Assembly: GCA_012295275.1 (NCBI GenBank)
Contig: CM022677.1
Coordinates: forward strand, 9,982,001-10,046,000
Reading direction: 5' to 3'
Source: Chrysomallon squamiferum
Lineage: Eukaryota > Animalia > Mollusca
Length of the DNA stretch: 64,000 bases
Shown piece by piece: positions 25,557 to 37,630 of the stretch (positions are counted from its first letter, which is position 1; every line of letters starts with the position of its first letter). The position numbers and the translations under genes were made by a program. The notes under the pieces are model-generated. The model made no database searches. It had not been told where the DNA came from and worked only from the letters and a program-made list of their open reading frames with translations.

Positions 25557-27060
25557 AACACTTTGAACCGACCAGGCCAGTTTTCCGACCTGAGCATATA
25601 GTATATATACCCACTTGTATACCTGGCCATACTTCAGGCAAGAAGCTTCAATAATGTTTTGGCAAACAACTGCAGTTTTTGGAGAATTCTTTTGCCATAA
25701 ACATGAGTGGTAAGAAAGTGACAACCAAGTAGGCATTACGAATGATAATGTCAGATTCTGAGGATGAGAATGAAGTGTTGGAATATGGAAATAATAGTGA
25801 TTTTGATAGTGAAGAGAGTGACGATGATGTTGTCAATGATACAAACAATAATAATATGAATGCAAATGAAGGTGAGAATGATTCTGCTGATAATCACAGC
25901 CCAGGTGATGTTGTTTTACAACCTGTTAGTGTGTGTGGCTGTGGTAGAGGCCATGGACTAGGTGTGAGACAGAATTCTCAGCCTCAGGTAGATCAGTGTC
26001 TGTGGATGAATGACATGAGAGTATCGTGAAAAACAATTCAATACTAAAGAACCACCCAGGTCCCAAACATATTCGAGATTCAATCAATAATGAGAGCAGC
26101 CCTGGAATGATGACGTTATTCTTGAATGATTTGTGGAAGCTCTTTGTTGTTGAAACCCTCACACTATTATATAAAATAGTTTAGTTCACTAACAGAGATA
26201 AAAGCATTTTTTGGCTGTTGAGTAGCGATGGAAATGCTTATTTACAAGGACCGCTATGAACAATTTTCACAAGATAAGGAAAATTTCTTGACCATCACAT
26301 CTGGATTTGCACAGATGTTTACAAGATTTTTAGCAATATGGTCTATCTACATAGTGTAAATGAATTAGACTGAGAGCTAGACAAATCTGATAAGATTTAC
26401 AAATCAAGGCCAATGTTCAGTCACTTGTTGGAAAAATCCAGGTTGCATTATACACTGAGAAGTAATCTGTCACTTGAAAAGGGAATGATTCTGACAAAAA
26501 CTTCCTATCTTCAGAACAGTATATCAAAGATAAACCGATAAAGTGGGATATCAAAACCTTCCTAGTTTGTGACAGTGAGAATGGCTACATTTCAAATGCA
26601 GAAGTGTTTACAGACAGACTCTACACTAGTGTATATTTTCAAAAACTGATCAAATCAAACTGTCAAATCAGAAGGGGGTTGTTTGAACTATTGTTCAATA
26701 GAATTGTAGCAGCAATTGTTTGGTGTGACAAAAAGCCCATATGATTTGTAACTTCTGCATTTATAGCTCACACCCCCAGTACATGTACAAAGATATGATA
26801 GTAAAGAGCACAGAAGACTTCCTGTGGGATGTCTGAAAGCTGTCCAAAGTTACACTGTATAAAAATGACAAACTTACCAAGCTGCATCAGAGCAGACATC
26901 ATTACAACTGGCCACGTCATCGTATTATGAAGTTTTTTACATGGGCTGCATGTCTGGAAAAGCACAAGAAGGCCACACAACAAAAGTGCTGCATTATAAG
27001 GACCTTCCCATAAAGTCAAAAACAGTTTTTTGTAACTACTGTAATGCTTAGAAAAGGTAA
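25557..27060 (+). mobile_element. Decayed piggyBac (PGBD4-like) transposon
   Basis: Acidic N-terminus MSDSEDENEVLEYGNNSDFDSEESDDD, then LWKLFVVET, RFLAIWS, DKIYKSRPM, QYIKDKPIKWDIKTFLVCDSENGYISNAEVFT, DRLYTS, WCDKKPI. Many frameshifts and deletions; the right end was not identified. Confidence 0.88.
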
Positions 27061-30000
27061 ATATATGAGACATCCAAATATAATTTCATGTAATAATTTG
27101 TCTAACAGTAAAAATATATTCGTATTAAAAAAGCTATGTTTAAATTAATAAGAAATATATGTGAGACAGTATGACCTCCACATTAACCTTCTACACATGT
27201 GCATTTTAATTTTGTTATTATATACCTGTAACACATACTTTTCTGTACTGTCATCTACAGTTTATGAGAATAAAGTCATTGTCACTGTACAACTGAGTCT
27301 CATCTCCTATAAAAACACACAATATATTTGTCCTCACTTTTATTTGTAGAATTCTCTGGTTATTAAGTATGCTGCTTAATTCATTTTTAGAGAAAATATT
27401 TTGCACAGAATTTGGTGAAAAACTGAAGTAAAATGGAAAGGTTAACAATGAATAATGTATTTAAATACCTGCTGGACAGCACCAACTCTACTTTACCTCT
27501 ACTGGAGACTCAAGCTGCTCTTTGTTCCAAAATGCCAATTCAAATTTGTATTTATCAACAATTTCTTAAATATTCTTATCCTTAACAAGCCGATTTAACC
27601 TCTGAAAATAAACAGTTTAAATGCACATTTTAGCACATTGGTTTCTTCAATTCCTATAAATACATGATGAAAGATCTGAATTTCATTCAGTAAATAATGA
27701 CATTTCCTTGTTATAAATTAAATCAGCATGAATCAATATAATTCTAGTAAACTAAAAATTGAAATATAACCTTTTTTAAATATTTTGTTTGTATTCTAAT
27801 GAGATTCAAATTATTTACTGAAAGACAGTCTAAACCTAGAGATATAACAAATATGTCTAAAATAAAGATGAATTTGTATCACATAATCCAAGCTAAAGAA
27901 GAATTTTTCATTCAGAAACACCTTCAACAAAATTAACATAGATCTGTTTTTCTTTATGAACTGATTTCACACATACCTCAACATCATTCCTTAAGCCATG
28001 TAGTTTCTGGTTCAATTTTTGTGAGTTAAAAATGAAACTGTTTTGTCTACTGTTTATAGTACAAATATAAGCTAAAAAGAAATAAAACAGTGCTGATGGA
28101 AGTAAACTAAGTCACCTGCAGCTCAACTTCCAGGCTTTTGACTTTGCCACTGTCACACACAGCCATCACAGTCATCTGTCAAGTTTTAATGTTTTTGTTT
28201 GGCTGGTTTTAGCACATTCAAGTTTTTCAAGTTTTTTCTCCCTGATATTTGACTGTTGAGATTGGTGACCTGGTGTAAGACTCTCCAACTTAAGAATTGT
28301 TGTAGTCTGATGTGGTCGGCTTCAATGTCCAGATCAACAAAATTGAGCTGTTCATCAGCAGAACTTTCAACAACTCAGAGTCTGAGTCACATTGGTGGGT
28401 GCACTGCCTAGTTTGAGTAAATAAATAAATAAATAAAAATATAAAATACTGTAAAGAATATAATATAAATAAAATACTGCTACTACTACATTTACTGCAA
28501 CACTACATGCTACTTTTAAAACCATCATTACTGTAACTAAAATTTACTCTTGTTCCTTATTCAACTAGGGTTGCTGTTACTAAAATAATACTCCTATTAC
28601 TAAAATTACCATCAATTATGTGATATTTTTTACTCTCTTCACTATTACGCCTATGCCAGTATTTCTTTATACTAATATTATTATAATTACTGCAACAACA
28701 ACTATGACTACTGTTACTACTAGTATTGCTGCTGTCACACTGCTCTTCTTCTTACATTTATCATAACAATTTCTCTGAAAACAACTACTATTAGTACTGC
28801 TACTACTACTACTGCCACCACTACAACCAGTTTTTTTAATCACCATGAGGCTCACAAGATACATTACTATTACAAAGCTCTGGAGACAGCATCATCAGCT
28901 AAAACACGACCAAGATCAATTCTACATTCTACAACAAGTAGTATTTTTATTATAAGTACTAATGCTGTAACAACTACATTACTACAACAATGGCAATGGC
29001 TAATACTACTGCTATAATAACAACCTCTATAGATGTTCCTGTTCTGCCATATTCTTTGATGACATTTCTCTCACAGAATTAGCTCTTCTTATGTACACAG
29101 CAGTTTCTGAAAAACAAGTCTTTTATTTATTTACCTTTGTAGTTATATATGCATCTGTCAGAGTGAGAGAGAGAGAGAGCAAACAAAAGATTTATATATC
29201 ATATTCAAAACCAAAAATGAAAATCAGACCTAATATTATAATATGAATTATGTTGATTAACTAGTTATTAATATTCATATATTTTAAAATTAGCACCTGA
29301 TTCATTATTTTATTTACAAAAATTGTGCTACTTAACTAACCATGAAAATAGAGAGCCTGCAGGCAACATAAATATTGATAACAGCTACAGTACATCCATC
29401 ACCAATGTATTTTAGTGTGTCAGTCATCACAGGAACAGTGACACTGTGTGAATGCTGACAGTTCCATCTGGTAACAGGAAAGTTAAACATTTTAAAATAT
29501 GATGCTTCTTCTTCTTTTGTTTTAAAATGCAGAAATTTACCACAAAATAATCAAGTCTGTATGAATGGAACTGTTTTGTGTGTGTGTGTGTGTGTGAGTG
29601 TTTTTGAGAGAGAGAGAGAGAAAACTATGATATAAAATGCAGTGTGTGATACAAGATTCTAATGTATGTGCATGTGTACTTACTGATATATGTTACAAAA
29701 TGCAACTTCCTACATTAAATTAAATTAAACTTCATTAGATTTAGAATAATGAGAAATACATAAGAAAACAAACTCAAATTCACCTGTTCAGTTTCTTTTT
29801 TCTTTTCCAGTGGCAACTTTATCCTCAGTGCTGACACACCTTCTACTGAAACAACTTCACTTGCAAACATCAGCACATCAATTAGAGCTGAACGTGCTTT
29901 CTGAAAAAAAAAATAAAAAAAAATAATAGAAATAATAAATTCTTATAAATAAATAACTAATGTTTCTGATATTTTAAAAATTTAAATGGTACTGGTACCA

Positions 30001-30442
30001 GTTACTGGATTATTCAGACACAAAGGGGTGTGGGATATTTATGATATACTTCGTATAATGATTTTAATGATAATGATGATAATGGTAATAATTTACATAA
30101 TTAACTAAACAATAGCAAATAAATGATTATTATTATTATGCTATTTTACAGTCACTAAAGAGATGTTACTATAAAACTTATTTTACTTGCAAAGAAATAA
30201 AAATAAGGTAAAAAACTTACAACTTGGAATTGTGCAGTCTGCAGTGTCTGTACAGCTGATTCATCCTTCTCCATAACGTAAATTCCCTTGCTAGCCAGCA
30301 ACTGAACAAAACGGCAGTGACCTACATCAATGGTAAACAAAGCTTTTGGTAATTCCAACATGAACATGATACGTTTTTTTTTTTTTTTATCGGTCTTATA
30401 AATGCTATTTTTTGGCAATAGCATTCATGCAATATTTTGCCC

Positions 30443-30475
<33 letters not shown>

Positions 30476-30699
30476 AACTGACAAAACATTCCGTGCCCCT
30501 GTTGAGAGGTTTCTGAAAACATTCTAACACAGGCCTGACATTACCTGACACCAGACTGTTGCTTGGATGATGTTTCAATAGTCTCTTGTATCCCTTCTCT
30601 GGAAAATGGCCTGGATTTGTGTGATGCTGGAGCAGGGGTCTCTACATTTCATGATGCACTGGCATAGATGAGAACAGCCTGACAAAAAAAAATCAGGAA

Positions 30700-33420
30700 A
30701 ATATTTTTATGATGTTTTCTAAGCTGTCGCTGGTGGGTTGTGCATCCGAACTTGCAATGATTTTTTTTTAAATCAGTTTTTGATTTGTTTTACCACCTAC
30801 ACTTCTGTTCACTGGTTTTGCCTTGTGATTCAACTTGAGCCTTTTGGCTTTTTGTTCAATCTCCAGCTTAGCCAGTTCAAGTTTTTTCTTGTATCTAGCA
30901 ACAGCAGTTTTAGTGTAAACCATACTCTGGTCTACAGGAGTTCTGAGAATGTCATCACAATGGAATGCCTGGATGGAGATGGTATGCAAGGCAGAAAGAT
31001 CATATCAGACACTCTGCATTGCAGAGTAGGTGGCCATTTCTAAAAGGGTTTGACTTCTTTTTGACAATGTCATTCATTTGACTGAACGATTGTTCAATAT
31101 GGGGTCCTGTAAAACTGCTTAGACATAACTTGACTACTTTAGCCAATATGGGATACCTCCCAAACATTTTAACCCACCAATGTCTAATTGAACAGGCTTT
31201 CCATCAACTTCTGCTTGTGGTAGGTCTTGATCTACTTGCAAATAAGATGCCTCCAACAGGTAAGTATCATAGATTTGAACATGGGCAGTAGGGCTGAGTA
31301 TAAATTGTTTGTTCATATTTATAGAGTACCCTGGTCACAATCCTCTCCTTGCAGCTTTTTCCATCCTGTGTCAGGTTCTTCTGCTTCATACTGTTTATGA
31401 TGCTATAGATCCTTTGCCTTCCTTCCACGGAGACTTTTGAAAGGAGTTTTGCAACAACTGGGGTGTAAGCAACTTTCAGGCCACTACTGGTAGGTGCTAA
31501 GGCAAAATAGAAGATTCTCATTGCATTCAGCATTGGCAAGTTCTTTGTCAGCACGTCATATACACATAGCCACCGATGTGCAACTCATTCGGCAGGCATT
31601 GTGTAGCTTATTCCAAGAATGAAGCATACGTCTTGGAATGACTTGCGTATATCTGGGCTCCACTTAAAATCCATGTGCGAGTCATCCATCAGACCCTTCA
31701 ACTACATGCCCAAAATGCACACAGAATTTCTGAACACTGTTGTGTATGTGGAAACAGATATCACCATCAATGTCACACAGCTGGGGAACCTTTTCTCTCA
31801 ACACGGTTTCAATTCCAGCATGTCTTCCTCTCATATAATTTGTAGAATTAGGTTTGTTAGTGGAATTTGGTACCTCTCAAAAGTTTTCAAGACAAAATCC
31901 AGAAGTTTCTGGGCATTCACAACTGTCACTCGAAGTGTTTGACTACAAACTCTTGCTGCAACTCAGAGAAGTAGCTAACTAATGTAGAGAGCACCGTTTT
32001 GTTGTTGTCCATATTCATCGAAAAGAAACTTTGTTTCAAATCCTTCAGTAGCCTCTTGTGAGACAAAGTATCAAGTCCTACTCATCTTATAAGAAGCAGT
32101 GGTGCGATGCATGCATGATAGGGCAGCCACAGCCTTTTTAACTCTAGCAATTTCTTTAGTATATTCTATCATTTTGTGGACCATGCCCTGAGTAAATGAC
32201 AACGTAAAGGCCTCCAGGTGAGCTTTCCAATCAGTTACTCTGACAAAGGTGCAGCACAGGATTTGAAACTGCCTTACCACTGCCACAGTTCTGGGGAGCA
32301 CCATATGGAATTGCAGCAGTTTCCTGCCGAACACGAATGTCAATGTCACCATCTTCCATTGCCTGTGTCAATGTGGAATGTGAGGAGTGTCCTGCCTGGC
32401 ATTCCGAATGTCAATATGCTCCATTTCTTTGTGTCTGCTTTTAGGTCTGCTTTGCCACTACACAAATTACAAAACCCAGCACGTCAATCTTTCTCAAATA
32501 CTCACTCAAGAAATCACCGAAACTTATTCTTCACATCCCTCTCCAAAGCATTTGGTCAATTATTTTGTATGCCATCATAAATTGTCTATTCACAACAGAA
32601 TTTCAATAATAAAAACACAGAAGCCACCATTCATGTATGTATGCCATTGTTCACACTGATCCTGCACACTTACCTCTCACGAGGTAAGTTAAAACATGGC
32701 TGCAGCCATGCATTGCCATGGGCATTGCCATGTTGGTTTGATGATAGAATTGGTGGTTTGTGCAAAACCACGAATGGTCTCAAATGTTGACCATATCTGG
32801 AAAAAAAATGAGCAAGTCAAAAATATGGAATTCCAGATAAATCTGGAAGGTTCTCATCTATGGGACAGGTCACACTCTGTTGTCTGAATCAGGTAAAGGA
32901 CTAGCTTGGTCCTTCAAACTGTCAATGTGGCGAGACAACACTGCCCTCTTGTTCTGCTGCAGCTGCAGTCTCTGTTTTCTTCTCTCGAGTTTCTTTATCT
33001 TCACATCCAACTTCATTCTCAGAGTGGCAAGCTCAGAATGGCAAGCTCAGACGTCACCTGCTGTTCAACTTCCTGGCTGTTGTCTTTGTCACTGTCATGC
33101 AGAGCCACTGCAATAATCTATCAAGTGGTTTTGTTTGGCAGATGAAGTGTTTTTACCAGCATCAGCTTGTTTTCACAAGAACACAGACTTCAATGGTGCT
33201 GTGCTCTTTCCTTCTTATTCCTGTCCTTGATGAATGTAAACCATCAATATATCCATAACCATCTTTCAGCAAAATTAGCTGTCATGGATTTTGTATTGTC
33301 ACTAGAGGGATCTAGAATGTTTGGCTACAATGAGAGCTAGTTTTGTCACTTAGGTTGTTGGTGGAAGTTGTGGTGGTGGGTGCACTGCTCCCAGTGATAT
33401 TGTAGCCAATGATGCTGTCT
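30700..33420 (-). mobile_element. Decayed intron-containing hAT-superfamily transposase
   Basis: Minus-strand translation gives TNYMRGRHAGIETVLREKVPQLCDIDGDICFHIHNSVQKFC (31700-31840), VAHRWLCVYD (RW motif, ~31570) and a C-terminal dimerisation-like LSSFTGPHIEQSFSQMNDIV (31065-31125). Putative GT-AG intron at 32586-32673. No TIR was found next to the ORF. Confidence 0.82.
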
Positions 33421-33747
33421 CCCTAGCATTGCAAAAGAAAATGAATAATAATAAAGATTAAAACAAACAATAATAATAAAAAATCAACATAATAGTAAAT
33501 AAGAGGAATAGTAGTAATATACTAAGAAGAAGATAAAAAAAGAAGGAAGTACAACAAAACAAAACAAAATGTAAATAAGTAAATCAAAATTGACAATTAG
33601 TAAATTTCAAAAAAAAATAAGGGAAACTGAGAAAAATGTTTGATCATTTAAAAAAATAAAGCACTTCTACCTTGCTTGCATCCTTTTTAATTCTTCCAGA
33701 CTTATTTGTAAGAACAAAACAAACTAAAATACCATCACACACAGACA

Positions 33748-35954
33748 CATGCATTGAAGTAAGTCAAGAATGCTCATTCATTCTTCAATGAACTGCCAAT
33801 TTCTTTTCTAAAACTTTTGGCGATAAACAGTGTGGTGACTGATTCCACAATTCTGTTTTTTTCTCTTTTTCTCGTATGTAATTCCACCAAAGTAACCCTC
33901 CGATTTTTAATGCTTCCACTTTTTAGATGCATCCACACTGTCACGTTACATGTTTAGTGAGTCAGTCGACAGCGTGATGTCACTTAGTTTGCAACTGTAT
34001 TGAATTTAAATGCTACCGGGAACCAGTTTAATTAAAATGGAATCCATTCTTGTGAAAACATTTAAAAAATAGGTTTTTCCAATGACTTTTGGTTTGAAGT
34101 AAATGAAAACAAAAAAAATATCAAAACTACAATGCAAAGTTTGTACTGAAAACATAACGGCAATAAGAAATGAAACCATGATAAGCGTATAACTGGTAAG
34201 TTGCTTGGCGGATTACCTGCCTATATCGATGGCGTCACAGACTACATACACAAATCAAATGTGCAAAGGCATGTGAAAACAGATAGCCTTCACGACTGGG
34301 CAAACAAGAAATTTTCACAAAACAGTTCAGACTCTGAAACAAATTCAGGTTCTGATAGTGTGAAAGTAAATCATAACATTACATGTTCTAATTGCATTGG
34401 AAAGTTATTTGAAAAAACCCAGTAAAGAACTATATAAAAATCACTTAAATACAGCATTGTGGTTGGTTATGCAGGAGAGACCTATGTCTGACTACCAGTC
34501 CCTGATTGCCTTACAGAAGAAGAATGGGGTGCGGTTAGGGGTGCGGTTAGGGGTTCTAGTCCAATGTATATCAATGTTATGGGTACCTGGCATTTATGCA
34601 TCTCTACAGACTCGCTCTGAAACAAACTACCCATTTGTCATATGCTGCTCAGAATGCAACTTCATTACTCACAGATGTTATTGACACAATAAAATCAACT
34701 GTAGATGAACTCAATACACTTACTGCTGATGATAGTGATTTGCCATTTCCAGTTACTCTCAGTGAAGATGGTCATGAGGCAACTATTACAGCAGAGACTA
34801 CCAACCTTACAACAAGACAATCAGTTCAGTAACAAGCAAAAACAACAAGCTGAAAAATAATATAAAAAAGTTTGTTCTGAACCATGTTCACCAGGGATGA
34901 GAGACTGTGAAACATTAAAGAACAAAACTGATCCCAGCAATTTCAACACAGCTGATTAAATGAATGGATTCTTTCAATGACCCTATCTTCAAATCAATGA
35001 ATATAGTTGATCACACTCAGTGGCATATATCTGATCCAAAATATGGCTTGGAACAAATTAAACTATTATCTAAACATTTTGATGAAAGCCTGGCTTACCA
35101 CACCTTTGCCCTAGATATGGCTGTTGCTGAATGGAGGGTTAAAATGAAACTTGTGGCAAACAAATTCATTCACTTCCAAAGTAAACACGGCATCATCACT
35201 CTGAATATCCACACATTCTTCTTATCATCTTGGTGGTTGCACTTGCTAGTGCAAGTGTTGACAGGGGCATAAGCACTCTCAATCAGCAGTTGACAAATAC
35301 CAGGTTGAATTTCCAATTCTACACTGGATGATTTGCTGGTGATTAGAATTAACCTGCCTGCACTTATAAGCTGTGACCCTTCATATGAACAAAAACTTAC
35401 AGACATAGCTATTTCCCTGAATGCAGATGGTAAAAAACAAAAAGATCAGCATCTTGTACAATAGACAACAACCTGATTGTAGACTCATTGTCAGACTCAC
35501 AAGACTCACCCTCTTCAGATTTGAAAAAAATAACCTGCAATTGACTAATTGGGTAAAGTCCATCAGATTCAGAGGACTTGGATGATGCTGGAAGTGAAAT
35601 AGTTCAGACCACTGATGCCAGCGACAACTCACAGTGCTAACTGAAACAAGTTCATCATTGTTCTCATATCATTGTTTGACGAGTTCAGTAAAACAATAAA
35701 AACAATACAAATTGTCATGATTTGTTTTACTGTATTGTTTAGTTATTAAATATTGTAGTTATTAAATACTGTACCTATACAGAAAGTATTAATAAATGAG
35801 CACAGTGATACGGATAAATAACAAATATATCATCCTGTTCACCATGCATGTATGTAAGGGATTTCACAAAAACAATAATGGGAATAGTAAACTTGATAAA
35901 TGTGTGGTAACCTACAGGTTCCAGGTCCAGACATGATCCTTATTTCAATGCCTG
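33748..35954 (+). mobile_element. Internally deleted hAT (ZNF862-like) element with TIRs and 8-bp TSD
   Basis: Left CATGCATTGAAGTAAG vs right-end rc CAGGCATTGAAATAAG (14/16). CAGACACA is present at 33742-33749 (overlapping the TIR by CA) and at 35955-35962. Remnants: LQCKVCTE, HKSNVQRHVKTDSLH, ALWLVMQERPMSDYQSLIALQKKNGV, ASVDRGISTLN...LDDLLVIRIN. Confidence 0.85.
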
Positions 35955-36236
35955 CAGACACATACTACACAAACACAGAACTAACAGAATTCAGACCTTG
36001 TACATTCATAGGTTTATACTGTAACAGTTGAACATTTTGTAATACATATAGGTCTGATGAAGCAAATAATGTCAACCAGGTACATTATCTATAAATACAG
36101 ATGTAAATAGTTTTGGATGTCTTAGTATTAGTCATATTATCTGCATAAGACACCTGCTTCAAAAAAGAATTATTTTATTAAGGTTTTCTGCATGGATATC
36201 TTGTACAATATCTTTTGTGATTATGGTTACAAATTA

Positions 36237-36285
<49 letters not shown>

Positions 36286-36576
36286 AATATTATTATAACA
36301 AATAATTTTATTAATATTTTACATTTATTCATCTTTATTATTTTTTAATGTTAACATAGAGCTATACAGTTATTTGGCTTTAATTATATGAAAGCATTTA
36401 GGGTGACATCCATTATAACCTTTAATATGATTAATAATGTATAGAGCAAGTCAGCAATTTAACATAAATATTAAAAAATAATAAATCATTAATAACCTGA
36501 CAGAAAACAACCTGTCAAAGAAAATTTGTATATTTTCTTTTAATTGTTTTATTAGTCTATTTCAAAAAATAAATAA

Positions 36577-36613
<37 letters not shown>

Positions 36614-36630
36614 TAATAGTTTTATTAGTC

Positions 36631-36674
<44 letters not shown>

Positions 36675-37016
36675 TTAAAAATCCTCTTTGAGTTGACACA
36701 TAGTTGTTGTTTGGTGTTTACTTTGGTGTGTGCTACACATGTCAATTTCTTTTAAAATAAATTTAATTACTGGCCACACAAAAATTTGCCCCTAACGTCA
36801 TGCAGGATTGGTAAAACAAAATTAAAGACTAAACATTGTTTCTTGTTTATATGACGTTGTTTATGCTGTTCACATTAGTACAACCACTGGTGAATTCTAT
36901 TATTAATCGAAAGCCGTTATTTGAAGAAAAAAAAAATAATAAAAATAAAAATTAAAATTAAATTAAATTAAAATAAAATAAAATAAAATAAAAAAAATAA
37001 TAAAAAAATAATACAA

Positions 37017-37051
<35 letters not shown>

Positions 37052-37260
37052 ATTGTTCCCAAATAAGATGGCTGCCAACACGTGGCTATGACTTTTAAAT
37101 TATAATTAAATAAAACCAAAAATGTCCAAACACATTAACAACAATAATAATAAATAGTAATACCTGTCTCCTGAAATGTTTTAAACAACTTTGTTGTTGG
37201 ATGATAATGCGATGACACCAATTCTGTATGAGATTCTTCAAACGTCAAATAAAAAAGTAA

Positions 37261-37630
37261 ATCCGTAAAGACCGGCAATCATCCCGCATTTTTCCGCAAC
37301 AACAATCCTGAAAAAAAAAAAATAATAATTAAAAAGTTCAGAACAAATAAAATAAATAAAGGAACATAATAACCTTATTAAAATATACGTACTAATTATA
37401 AATCAAAATGGTTCTTTTTTAATTATTATTATTTTTTTTTTTTTTTTTTGATCTAATTATTAGCCAATCGTAAATCCGGCTATCATCCCGCATGATCTCG
37501 CAACTAAAAAAAAAATAATATATATATAAAAAAAAAAAAGAAGTTCGAAACAAATAAAATAAATAAAAAAACATAATAACCTTTATTAAAATATACGTAC
37601 TAATTATAAATCGATATGGTTCTTTTTTTC
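37261..37630. repeat. Tandem duplication of ~200 bp spanning a minus-strand splice acceptor
   Basis: cgtaaa(ga/t)ccggc(a/t)atcatcccgcat...aaaatatacgtactaattataaatc...tggttcttttt occurs at 37261-37420 and 37466-37629. Confidence 0.85.

Larger units (their letters stand above)
21830..30678 (-). pseudogene. Chain of decayed exon-like segments of an unidentified multi-exon gene downstream of the hAT transposase
   Basis: Higher-GC islands bounded by polypyrimidine-AG and GT on the minus strand: ~30491-30678, ~30224-30360, 29784-29900 (open: KARSALIDVLMFASEVVSVEGVSALRIKLPLEKKKETEQ), 28115-28407, ~27977-28037, 27469-27601, 23454-23570, ~21835-22185. Most carry stops. Confidence 0.55.
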
